A stretch of 64,000 nt of DNA from an uncultured Chitinophagaceae bacterium (lineage in GTDB: Bacteria; Bacteroidota; Bacteroidia; Chitinophagales; LD1), in the NCBI GenBank assembly GCA_964537475.1, contig CAZIBY010000001.1, positions 476,938 to 540,937 on the forward strand. The letters are read 5' to 3'. Below are positions 16,227 through 26,200 of the stretch, one piece after another (the first letter of the stretch is position 1; every line of letters starts with the position of its first letter). The notes beneath the pieces were generated by a model, which was given only the letters and a program-made list of their open reading frames with translations, ran no database searches and was not told the DNA's origin. Both the position numbers and the translations under genes were made by a program.

Positions 16227-17339
16227 TTATTTGCCGCTATGGATATCATTCCTGTGCCGGCTGATGAAATCATTCATTTCGCGTATATAGCCATCCAGCT
16301 CATCGGCAGAGGATCTGAGAAGTGGCGCAAAGGATTTGGCCTCAACCTCTTTCAACGTATCTTTCTGCAGGGCCTGCGCTATACCCAGAATGTTAGCTGC
16401 AGGCTTCCTCACCTTGTGCGACAAGGCAAAGAGCATCTCCTCCAGCGTCTTGATATATTGCTCCTTGCGCAGCTCTGCCGCCTTGCTGTCAGTGATATCC
16501 AGTGCGGTACCCACCAGCTGCTGCGTGTCATTGCTCTCCAGTGTATAGCGCAGCCACTTCTCCTCTCCTGCCGTATTTCTGATACGGATATCAAAGGATG
16601 TAGCCGCATCGCCCGGGCGCATCGTCTCTCTGGCCTTTACCAGCAGCCCCAGGTCGTCAGGATGTATCATCTCACGCCAGCGCACCAGGTCTATAGGACT
16701 ATCTTGTGGCATGCCAAAAATGCGGTACATCTCCGGAGACCAGTATATCTCATCCGTTTTGTAGTCCACATACCAGTTGCCCACGCCGGCTACCTTCTCT
16801 GCTACCAGCAGGCGGTTGAGCGCCTTGGCTGTTTTATTATTGGCTACTGTCAGTGCCAGCTGGCTTCTCAGCCTGTTTCTACGCGCTTCAAAACGCTCCG
16901 TCACCTTCGCCGCCAGTATCTGTAGGATACGCCCCTGCTCAGGGGTGAACTGCCTCGGTTGCTTGTCTATCACACAGAGCGTGCCCAGTGCGTAGCCCTC
17001 ATCAGTGATCAGTGGTGCACCGGCGTAGAATCGTACATGAGGCTCGCCTGTAGCCAGCGGGTTCGTCTTAAATCGGTCATCTATCAGAGAGTCCGGCACT
17101 ACAAATACCTCCTCGGGCTGCTGTATGGCGTGATAGCAAAATGCCTGCTCTATGGGTGTCTCGCTCGCGCCGAGCCCCACCTTGGCCTTAAACCACTGGC
17201 GGTGCGAGTCGAGTAGAGAGATCAGTGAGATAGGCATACCAAAAAACACAGAGGCCAGCTCTACTATATCATCAAACTCCTGCTCCGGCAGCGTGTCCAG
17301 CAGGTCATACTCGCGCAGTATCTCTACTCTTTTCTCCAT
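16227..17339 (-). CDS. GAF-PAS sensor protein with a HisKA/DHp-like C-terminus but no ATPase domain
   Basis: GAF region (RVEILREYDLLDT...FYAGAPLITDEGYALGTLCVIDKQPR), PAS-like middle (YWSPEMYRIFG...IHPDD), and C-terminal LFALSHKVRKPAANILG. The protein ends about 60 aa later, so there is no room for HATPase_c. Confidence 0.8.
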   Translation of the reverse strand: MEKRVEILREYDLLDTLPEQEFDDIVELASVFFGMPISLISLLDSHRQWFKAKVGLGASETPIEQAFCYHAIQQPEEVFVVPDSLIDDRFKTNPLATGEPHVRFYAGAPLITDEGYALGTLCVIDKQPRQFTPEQGRILQILAAKVTERFEARRNRLRSQLALTVANNKTAKALNRLLVAEKVAGVGNWYVDYKTDEIYWSPEMYRIFGMPQDSPIDLVRWREMIHPDDLGLLVKARETMRPGDAATSFDIRIRNTAGEEKWLRYTLESNDTQQLVGTALDITDSKAAELRKEQYIKTLEEMLFALSHKVRKPAANILGIAQALQKDTLKEVEAKSFAPLLRSSADELDGYIREMNDFISRHRNDIHSGK

Positions 17340-17387
17340 ACTTATTTTGAAAGGATGTTCATATACCGTGTCCTGCCGGACAAAGTT

Positions 17388-17777
17388 TCAAAGTTCCCCA
17401 CGTATCTGCAGGTATTGGTCGCCCTCCATCGGTTTTACAATATATCCCTTGACAAAAGGATTGTCTGCGGCCTTCTTTTTATCGCCATCTGCTATAGAGG
17501 AGCTGAGCATGTATATCGTCACCTTTTTAGGCAGCCGGTCTTGTAGCGCTGCATATTCATCCAGAAACTGCCAGCCATCCATACGCGGCATATTGATGTC
17601 GAGCAGTATCAGGTCAGGCAGCTCATCTGCATCTGTGAGGTGAGCAGTCAGATGGTCTATGGCATGGTCGCCATCTGAGAAAGTCGTGATATCTGCCTCA
17701 TCATCTACATCTGTGATGAGGAATTTGGCGAGATGAGTATATGCCGGGTCGTCATCTACTATCCATAGTTTGGTCAT
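17388..17777 (-). CDS. Single-domain response regulator (CheY-like receiver)
   Basis: KLWIVDDD, LILLDINMP and the conserved K in GYIVKP. Confidence 0.9.
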   Translation of the reverse strand: MTKLWIVDDDPAYTHLAKFLITDVDDEADITTFSDGDHAIDHLTAHLTDADELPDLILLDINMPRMDGWQFLDEYAALQDRLPKKVTIYMLSSSIADGDKKKAADNPFVKGYIVKPMEGDQYLQIRGEL

Positions 17778-17984
17778 GCTATACCGGGTCTTATGAATAA
17801 AAAAATCCGGTGGAGTGGCCGGATATCACAGGAGGGTCAAATCGATACCTAAACTAGTGAATATCCTGCCACCTAGAGAGCTGGACAATTGTTAAAATTA
17901 AAAACGTAAAGACTATACCACGCACGGTGCCGTTCTGTTGCCATATTTCAAAACCCTGATAGCCACGTGATAGCGAAAAGACCA

Positions 17985-18791
17985 ATGATAATACTGGCTG
18001 CACTACTGCTCACAGTGCGCGCCGCTGCAGATGGAGACGAGATAGATATCCGCATTATCAAAAAGCGGCATCCCTCTCTCGACCTGATAGCAGTAGACCA
18101 ATCTGCCGGTCAGATACCAATGCTGAATTGGGATGAAACCTACAAAGTGATCGTGCGCGACGTAGATGTACGGTGGATACAAAGCGCATCATCTACTACC
18201 GGCCATCTCTACAGGCAGGATAGTGTACTCAGCATCCGCCTGCCGTACGCGCGTATGAGGACGCTCGATTCTTTCGTAGTCACTGTCACGTTTCGCTCAG
18301 CAGCCCGCGTAGATAGCTACTCCGTCTCGCGCAGGTTTTATATCAAGCCCAATCAGACGGTCTATATCCCGCCACCATGGCAGCGCAGGGGGCTGTACCT
18401 CCGCTGGGGCGCTCCGCGTTTGTGGTACCACCCAGCATTGTACTACAATAGGACGATCTCTTCCTGGTCCATGATCAAAAGGCACCACCTGGCCGACATC
18501 TCCGCCGAGCCCATCCGCTATCAAAACTATGATGACCGCGATACTACCATTGCTACCTTTGACTCGCTGTATGTCGTGATCTACAACAGGCACCACACCT
18601 ACCGCTACCATGTAGCCGGATCATCTCTGCCCTCAGATGCCATAGAGGTGATACGTGCCTCCCGCCCCACTGACAGCATGCGGCTCATGATGTACTATTA
18701 CGACAAAGATGCCAAAGAGGTCAGGCACAAGACACTCTATATCTATCTGCATACAGGCCTCATTATATCGGGCTTTATCTCGTGGGGATGA
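17985..18791 (+). CDS. Hypothetical secreted protein
   Basis: Signal-like MIILAALLLTVRAAADG from the first ATG (the track begins at GTG 17967). No domain recognised. Confidence 0.5.
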   Translation: MIILAALLLTVRAAADGDEIDIRIIKKRHPSLDLIAVDQSAGQIPMLNWDETYKVIVRDVDVRWIQSASSTTGHLYRQDSVLSIRLPYARMRTLDSFVVTVTFRSAARVDSYSVSRRFYIKPNQTVYIPPPWQRRGLYLRWGAPRLWYHPALYYNRTISSWSMIKRHHLADISAEPIRYQNYDDRDTTIATFDSLYVVIYNRHHTYRYHVAGSSLPSDAIEVIRASRPTDSMRLMMYYYDKDAKEVRHKTLYIYLHTGLIISGFISWG

Positions 18792-18815
18792 GTAGCAAAT
18801 CTTATTTTTACGGCC

Positions 18816-20342
18816 ATGCTACACTTCTACCGGCTGCTCTCTGCAGCACTGATGATGGCTTGCACCATGTGTGCTGCTGGTCAGACGCATAGCCGCACGC
18901 TGCCGGACCGCATGTATGCAGATACTGCCTATGCGCCGTTTCTCTTTGGTGTAGCCTCGGGAGATCCTGCGCAGACCCGTGTCATCATCTGGACCCGTGC
19001 TGAGGTGGCGGGCCCGCTCCGGTGGCAGGTAGCGCAGGACAGCACCTTCACGCACATACTCCGCAGTGGTATGACATACTGTACTGCCGCCCGTGACTAT
19101 ACCACACAGGTAGATGTAGACGGCCTGCAGCCAGCGCATCATTACTATTATCGCTTTACTACGGCCTCCGGCCAAAACTCTCAGACCGGCCGCGCACTCA
19201 CCCTGCCGGATGACTCTGTGAAGCACTTTCGTCTCGCTCTCGTCTCCTGCTCCGGTGCCTGGTCTGGTTATTTCAATGCCTATCGCCGCATAGCACAGCG
19301 CGATGATATAGACTACCTCGTGCATGTAGGCGACTATATCTATGATGATGTAGACCCAGATGAGCACGTACGCATGCCTGACCCTGAGCCGCAAAACCCC
19401 TCTACGCTCGCAGAGTGGCGCGACCGCCATCTCTACTATCTACTGGACCCGGACCTGCGCCTGGCCCGGCAAAACAAAACGTGGATAGCAGAGTGGGATA
19501 ATCATGACAACCACTACAGCAACTTCGAGCACAATGCTGATGGCCTCACAGCCTTCTACGAGTACCTGCCCATACGCATGCCTGACACCACGCATCCGGA
19601 GTATATCTTCCGCCGCTTTCAGTTTGGTGCGCTGGCGGACCTGCACATGATAGACATGTATCTATTCCGCGGCCGAGAGGATTTTGCCGCAGGCAAAAAG
19701 TCCATACTAGGGAATGTACAAGATGCATGGTTCAAGCATAGCCTCGTGCAGTCTGCCACCACCTGGCACCTGCTGGGCAATCAGGAGATGCTCGGCAGCT
19801 GGCTGAGCAAGGGCATACCCGCCTCCATGCATCCGCCCGGCGATGGCACTTATTTCAATCCGCAGGACTGGGATGGCTACGCAGATGACCGCCTGCGCTT
19901 CTACCATTATCTCGATACTGCACACATACACAATCTGGTCACACTGACGGGCGACCTGCATATGTCTTTTATCATAGATCTAGCTCCTGATCCCCGTGAC
20001 CGCAAAACATATAAACGCCGCACCGGCCGGGGCTCTGTAGGCGTAGAGGTGCTCACACCTAGTATCTCTGCCGGCAATATGGATGAGGAACACATCCCCC
20101 GCGCCCTGATCCCCCTCATACAGCGTATCAGTCTCGACCTCAATCCGCACCACCGCTGGGTACAATTCTGGAAGCACGGCTACACGACTATAGATGTCAC
20201 ACCGGAGCGCTGCGTAGCGCAGTTTTGCTACCTGGATATTCTGCACTATTCAGATCGGGAAACTTATAGCCGGCCCTTTGTGGTCAGGGCTGGCGCAGAT
20301 CACTGGGATAGAAAGAAATACAAGAAAAAAGACTTCAGATAA
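18816..20342 (+). CDS. phoD: PhoD-family alkaline phosphatase / phosphodiesterase
   Basis: FLFGVASGDP, metallophosphatase motifs VHVGDYIYDD and EWDNHD, TGDLHMSF. Confidence 0.9.
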   Translation: MLHFYRLLSAALMMACTMCAAGQTHSRTLPDRMYADTAYAPFLFGVASGDPAQTRVIIWTRAEVAGPLRWQVAQDSTFTHILRSGMTYCTAARDYTTQVDVDGLQPAHHYYYRFTTASGQNSQTGRALTLPDDSVKHFRLALVSCSGAWSGYFNAYRRIAQRDDIDYLVHVGDYIYDDVDPDEHVRMPDPEPQNPSTLAEWRDRHLYYLLDPDLRLARQNKTWIAEWDNHDNHYSNFEHNADGLTAFYEYLPIRMPDTTHPEYIFRRFQFGALADLHMIDMYLFRGREDFAAGKKSILGNVQDAWFKHSLVQSATTWHLLGNQEMLGSWLSKGIPASMHPPGDGTYFNPQDWDGYADDRLRFYHYLDTAHIHNLVTLTGDLHMSFIIDLAPDPRDRKTYKRRTGRGSVGVEVLTPSISAGNMDEEHIPRALIPLIQRISLDLNPHHRWVQFWKHGYTTIDVTPERCVAQFCYLDILHYSDRETYSRPFVVRAGADHWDRKKYKKKDFR

Positions 20343-20477
20343 GACGGCGAACGGACCATTTTGTCGTCAGGCATCCTGCTTTATGATCTCATTAAAAGTG
20401 GGGCGTGGAATGATTGTTGTTTTTCATACCTACCGTGAAAACTTTTATCTTACGACTCTTAAACTCAATCTTGCACC

Positions 20478-22118
20478 ATGTCTCTCAGTCCTCTGGCAGG
20501 TCAGCCTGCCTCACAGCGGCCTCCCATCGATCTGGATAAACTCATAGCCGCCTACTACGATCAGAAACCTGATCCTGCCGTGGCAGCGCAGAAGGTCATC
20601 TTTGGTACGTCTGGCCACCGCGGCTCGTCCCTCGATTGTTCTTTCAATGAAGACCATATACTCGCCATCACACAGGCCATCTGCGACTACCGGCGGAAGC
20701 AGGGCATCATTGGTCCGCTGTATATCGGTATAGATACGCACGCACTGTCAGAGCCGGCCTACCGCTCTGCCCTCGAGGTACTCGCTGCCAATGGTGTAGA
20801 AACGATGATCGCTGCAGACGGTGAGTACACACCTACGCCGGTCATCTCTCACGCTATTTTGATATACAATAAGGGCCGCAAAGACGGCCTGGCAGATGGC
20901 ATTGTGATCACACCCTCCCACAATCCACCGCGCGATGGTGGCTTCAAATACAATCCGCCTAATGGTGGCCCCTCCTCTACCGAGGTCAGCAATATCATAC
21001 AGGCACAGGCCAATGAATACCTGAAGGCTAAACTCCATGGCGTAAAGCGCATAGCCTATGAGCAGGCCGCCAAAGCTGCCACCACGCATAGCTACGACTA
21101 CAAACCCAACTATATCTCAGACCTCGCCTCTATCGTCAATATGGATGCCATCCGTAGCAGCGGTTTGCGCCTGGGAGCAGATCCGCTGGGTGGCGCAGGC
21201 GTGCACTACTGGCAGCCTATAGCAGAGCAGTACCGCCTGGATATGACCATAGTGAATGGACAGGTGGATAAGACCTTTAAATTTATGACGCTGGACTGGG
21301 ACGGGCAGATACGTATGGACCCTAGCTCTCCCTATGCCATGCGCAGCCTGATAGGCATGAAGGATAAGTTTGATATCTCCTTTGCCTGTGATACAGACCA
21401 TGACCGTCACGGCATCGTGACGCGCAGCACAGGCCTCCTGCCGCCCAATCACTACCTGGCAGTGATGATACAGTACCTGATCATGCATCGCCCGCACTGG
21501 AATGCATCTGCAGCTATATCCAAGACACTCGTGAGCAGCCAGATGATAGACCGCGTAGTCAAAAAACTAGGTCGCAAACTATATGAGGTGCCTGTAGGGT
21601 TCAAATGGTTTGTAGATGGGCTCTACGACGGGTCATTGTGCTTTGGTGGTGAGGAGAGTGCCGGGGCCATCTTCTCGCGCATGAATGGTGAGGTATGGAC
21701 CACCGACAAGGATGGCATGGTACCCGCGCTGGTCTCTGCAGAGATCATGGCCGTGACCGGCAAAGACCCCGGCGAGATATACAATGATCTGACCAAAGAG
21801 TTTGGCGAGTCACACTACACACGCATAGAGGCTGCCGCCAGCACCGAGCAGAAATCAAAGCTCTCCAAGCTATCCCCATCTGATATCACTACCAAAGACC
21901 TGGCCGGAGAGAAGATCACACAGATACTCTCTAATGCTCCCGGCAATAATGCTCCGATAGGCGGCATCAAGATAGAGAGCGAAAGCGGCTGGTTTGCCGC
22001 GCGCCCCTCAGGCACCGAGGATATCTACAAGATCTATGGCGAGAGCTTCAAAAGCGAAGCACACCTCAAACAGATATTAAATGAAGCACAGACGATCGTG
22101 ACAGCAGCCATCAAATAA
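20478..22118 (+). CDS. pgm: Phosphoglucomutase (alpha-D-glucose-phosphate specific)
   Basis: Active-site ITPSHNPPRDGGFKYN, metal loop ACDTDHDRHGIV, GGEESAG and ARPSGTEDIYKIY. Confidence 0.95.
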   Translation: MSLSPLAGQPASQRPPIDLDKLIAAYYDQKPDPAVAAQKVIFGTSGHRGSSLDCSFNEDHILAITQAICDYRRKQGIIGPLYIGIDTHALSEPAYRSALEVLAANGVETMIAADGEYTPTPVISHAILIYNKGRKDGLADGIVITPSHNPPRDGGFKYNPPNGGPSSTEVSNIIQAQANEYLKAKLHGVKRIAYEQAAKAATTHSYDYKPNYISDLASIVNMDAIRSSGLRLGADPLGGAGVHYWQPIAEQYRLDMTIVNGQVDKTFKFMTLDWDGQIRMDPSSPYAMRSLIGMKDKFDISFACDTDHDRHGIVTRSTGLLPPNHYLAVMIQYLIMHRPHWNASAAISKTLVSSQMIDRVVKKLGRKLYEVPVGFKWFVDGLYDGSLCFGGEESAGAIFSRMNGEVWTTDKDGMVPALVSAEIMAVTGKDPGEIYNDLTKEFGESHYTRIEAAASTEQKSKLSKLSPSDITTKDLAGEKITQILSNAPGNNAPIGGIKIESESGWFAARPSGTEDIYKIYGESFKSEAHLKQILNEAQTIVTAAIK

Positions 22119-22141
22119 ATATGACCTAACACATCAATAAA

Positions 22142-22172
22142 AAAGGCCCCTTACGGGCCTTTATATTTTTTT
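22142..22172. terminator. Bidirectional Rho-independent terminator between convergent pgm and porP-like genes
   Basis: Stem aaaggccc / gggccttt (8 bp), loop cttac. Followed by atattttttt on the plus strand and preceded by an A-run. Confidence 0.75.
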
Positions 22173-22202
22173 GCGGTTTTCGTGTTTTGCGGTTAAAAAC
22201 TT

Positions 22203-23258
22203 CTACATCACCGGACAGAGGAATGGCCTCGGCTTCCTCTTCAGGCAGCCCTGGTACATAATGGCCAGCTCCGGTGCACCATAGGTCTGCGTACCCGGCG
22301 TCAGCTTTGACACGTTGATATCATAGCTGAATCCTATCGTCAGTCCCTTTATATCCAGGCGTGTCTGCAGAATCACAGCATCCAGCGGCGCGCGAAACTG
22401 TGCGCCCAGATAGAAGAAAGTCGTGCTGGTGTTATTGCCCAGCTTCAGCCTCACCAGTGAGCCGAAGTTGTACTGCTGTGATGGTCCCTGGAAGAGGAGC
22501 ATAAAGTTTGGCATGATCCATACCTTATCACCGACCATAAACGAGCCACCTCCATGGAAAGTCGTCTTGATATACAGCTTATCACCACCGGTGTTATTAT
22601 ACAGGCCGGGTGAGTACCACGAGATGTTTGGCTGGTTCACATGATTCACTGCCAGGCCAAAATACAGGTTGTGGCGGCGCTGCTTGAAGCTGATGGAATA
22701 CAGCGCACCTACCCCAGCGTCGATATAGATCATATTATTCCGCGCAAAGGTCTCTTTCGGTAGACTAGGATCATATTTGCCGGTCACTGGATCATACTGA
22801 TCGTCATAGGTAGACTTATTTGGGTTAAAGCCCCTGTGGTTGACTCCTATCTGCAGGCCTACAGAGAGAGATGAGTTGCCCCGCCTATCCAGCATAAAGT
22901 GGTAAGCTGCTGTCACATCTCCCCTGTTCATATTGTAGCCCGTAGCACCGGCTATGTCAGACTGTATGGAGATGCCTATGCCCGCGAAGCTCTGTACCTT
23001 GGTGGGCCTACCCACTGATACATCTCCCGATGCACCGAAAGTAGTGTAGGTATTCCCTCCGGACACCGTATTCCACTGCGTACGCGCATTGAGCGCTACA
23101 CGATAGTCACAGGCGTTGAGGCCTGCTAGTGCAGGGTTCAGCTCCATGGGAGCATAGTTGTATTGAGAGAGGTGTGTATCCTGAGCTATGGATGGCAGGC
23201 TGCAGGCTGCTATTATGCATGCTGTATAGCCTATTTTATTCAATATCCTTTGTAGCAT
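22203..23258 (-). CDS. PorP/SprF-family type IX secretion membrane protein
   Basis: N-terminal AQDTHLSQYNYAPMELNPALAG signature and a beta-barrel-like composition. Located 10 nt downstream of a CHU_C adhesin gene. Confidence 0.9.
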   Translation of the reverse strand: MLQRILNKIGYTACIIAACSLPSIAQDTHLSQYNYAPMELNPALAGLNACDYRVALNARTQWNTVSGGNTYTTFGASGDVSVGRPTKVQSFAGIGISIQSDIAGATGYNMNRGDVTAAYHFMLDRRGNSSLSVGLQIGVNHRGFNPNKSTYDDQYDPVTGKYDPSLPKETFARNNMIYIDAGVGALYSISFKQRRHNLYFGLAVNHVNQPNISWYSPGLYNNTGGDKLYIKTTFHGGGSFMVGDKVWIMPNFMLLFQGPSQQYNFGSLVRLKLGNNTSTTFFYLGAQFRAPLDAVILQTRLDIKGLTIGFSYDINVSKLTPGTQTYGAPELAIMYQGCLKRKPRPFLCPVM

Positions 23259-23268
23259 AGTTATCTCC

Positions 23269-26200
23269 TTATCTGATGAGGGTTACGTTACCCTTGCCCG
23301 AGATAGTCTGACCGGTGGTACATACTACCTCAAATACATAAACAAAGACTCCTGAGTTTTCCGGCCTGGCCTTGTCATTGCGCTTGCCTCCGTTCCATGC
23401 TGCATCTTCAGGCGTATCAGCATTAGATATATCATGTACCAGATTGCCCCAGCGGTCATAAATGCGGAAGTAGTTGACCTTTGTGATGCCCTGCCCTCGT
23501 ATACGGAAGACATCATTGTTGCCATCCGCATTTGGCGTAAAGGTGTTAGGGATATAGATCAGCGAGTTATCGCATGATGTGATCACCGTCACGGTCACAC
23601 TTGCCCGGTTTGAGCAGGTCACGCCATTTTTGCTATAGTAGATGGTAGCATTGTAGGTAGTGGTCTGGTGCGGCCTGGCTATAGGGTTGCGGCAGGTGCG
23701 GCAACTCAGTGTGCTATCCGGATCCCATACGATACTGTCTATCGTACCCTTCACAGTCGAGCTCACATCAGAACTCAGGCCTAGCACGATATTTTCCGGA
23801 TTGGCCGAGGCCTCTACCGGTACTGAGTCTATCACATACACAGTCACAGTATCTATCTTTGGCGTACAGTGCCCGAAGTATACATGCAGCAGGTACTGCA
23901 TAGGCTGGCGTGGTGTGATGACCACATCTGTGTCATTAGGGTTGTCTATGTATGACGGTGGTGTCCACTGCACGGACCCGAAGAGTCCTGTGACGTGGAA
24001 GCCCACAGAGTAGCCCAGGCAGATAGTCGTATCCTTATTAGGATATACTGTATCTATCGGCTCTGCTATGATCACGATATCATTGCAACTGTCCGCACTC
24101 TGGCATCCATATACATCTTCCACTGCAAAGCAGACATGATATGTACTCGGTGCCATAAATGTGCGATGTATCACCGCAGAGTCATCAGGCTGTACCACAC
24201 CGTTTACGCTCCAGTGGTAGTGGCTGATGGCACCATCTCCTATGGTCCAGTTGCCGGCTATAGTATTCGGGCGGTCTATACAGTTAGTATCAGCGCGGAT
24301 AGAGGAGGTCGGTATATGGTGTACTACCACGCTCTGACGGGCTGTATCTACACATCCATTTGCGTCTGTCTGTATCAGTGTCACCGTATACGCGCCAGCT
24401 ATATTATAGGTGTATGTGTCAGGTGAGGTAGTAAACTCAGGTACACCATCTGACTGCATATCTATGCCAAAGGCAGCAAGCGGCGCGGAGATGCCGGCAG
24501 TAGAGTTATTGGTCACTGTCACCGGAGTACCGAGGCATATCGAGGTCGGTGCCACACTCAGCACCGCATGCGGTCTATCGCCCAGCGTCAGGCTATTGTA
24601 CACGGTATCCCTGCAGCCCAGGGCACTGACCAGTACCAGGGTATCATTGTAGGTGCCAGGGGCCAGGTAACTATGAGACACGGTCTGGCCAGATCCTGTA
24701 GTACCATCTCCAAACCACCAGAGGTAAGAAGAGACGCTGCTATGCGTGACCTGAGCCGTAGCGGTAAACTGTGTCGTCTGCCCAAGGCAGAGGCCTGTGG
24801 CGCTGCTGCTGCCACCGATAGTAGATACATATACGTGTACCGTATCATAGGTATAGCAGCGTGGTACATCTCCTGCCCGTGCCACGTAGAATGTATCCAT
24901 CTGAGGTGTCACTACCGGAGCTGCATTGTTGGTAGTGTCTATATTGTAGTATGGCTCCCAGTGCAGAGGAGGCGAGCCGCTGGCCGACAGCGTGGCAGAG
25001 CTGCCCAGGCAGATAGTCTGATCAGGTCCCACATTCAGTGTGGCTATAGGCTTCACTACGATATTCTGGTAGGCGGTATCAGAGCAGCCATAGCCATCAG
25101 TGATAGTGAGCGAGGCTATGTAGTTACCTCCTACTGTGTATAGGTATGATGTATCCTGATAGGTATTATATGTGATATTGTTATAGCCTATATTCCATTG
25201 GCCGCTCACGATGGATGTACTGTCATCTACCATACTGGAGTCCATAAAGTGTAGTAGCAACGGTACGCAGCCTATGGTATCATCCATGACCAGCCGCGCT
25301 ACCGGTGCTGCCTGCACATGTACGTGTTTGGTCAGGCTGCCAGTACAGCCCAGATTGGTCCGCACAGAGAGTGTCACGTTATAGTCTCCGGGTAGAGCAT
25401 AAGTATGACATGGATTAGGGGTAGAGTCTGCCGGAGTACCATCACCGAAATCCCACGCCCGCTGCACCGTATACGAGTATATCGAGTTGTAGGTAGTTTG
25501 CTTGGTAAAGCATACCGTATTGCTACCACAGGCCTGGAAGGTATCCGTGAAATCTACGGTAGGTGTATCTATGACTACAGGTATAGAGTCTCCCGTTGGG
25601 TCCTCCAGCGTATATAGCTGCATACAGCTCGTATCAGGTAGCTGCCACGATCGCACATATGGCCGATACACATTGATATTGCAGTAGGTGATGGTCACTG
25701 TGTCAAGAGTCGGATTGGCCACAGTACCCCGCGGTATCGGCATATTGATAAAGGATGGTGTGCCATTATCAGACTGGATCACGAGTGAGTCAGCATCATA
25801 GGAGCTGAGGAAAAGGCGTACCGGCGTACAGCCGCAGCCGCCTACTTTTTCAGATGTCATGTGCACTACCGGCCCCTTGGCACGGATGGTAAATCGCCTG
25901 GACGTATCGCTGCAGCCGTGGCAGGACTGTACTATGTGTGTGATAGTATATGTACCGGGGCGATAGTATATGTGAGCAGGGTCTCGCGCGGTATCCGTAT
26001 GGCTACCATCGCCGAAATCCCAATAATAAGAACATATATCATACCTTGAGGTATCCAAAAATGGATTGACCACGATCAGCGGGCAGAGATTGGCCGTGTC
26101 CTGGAGATTGCGGAAGGTATAATCCGCCTCCGGGTTCCTCACTGTTATAGATTTACAAATAGTATCCCTGCAGGTATTAAATTGGTCCACGGCTATCAGG

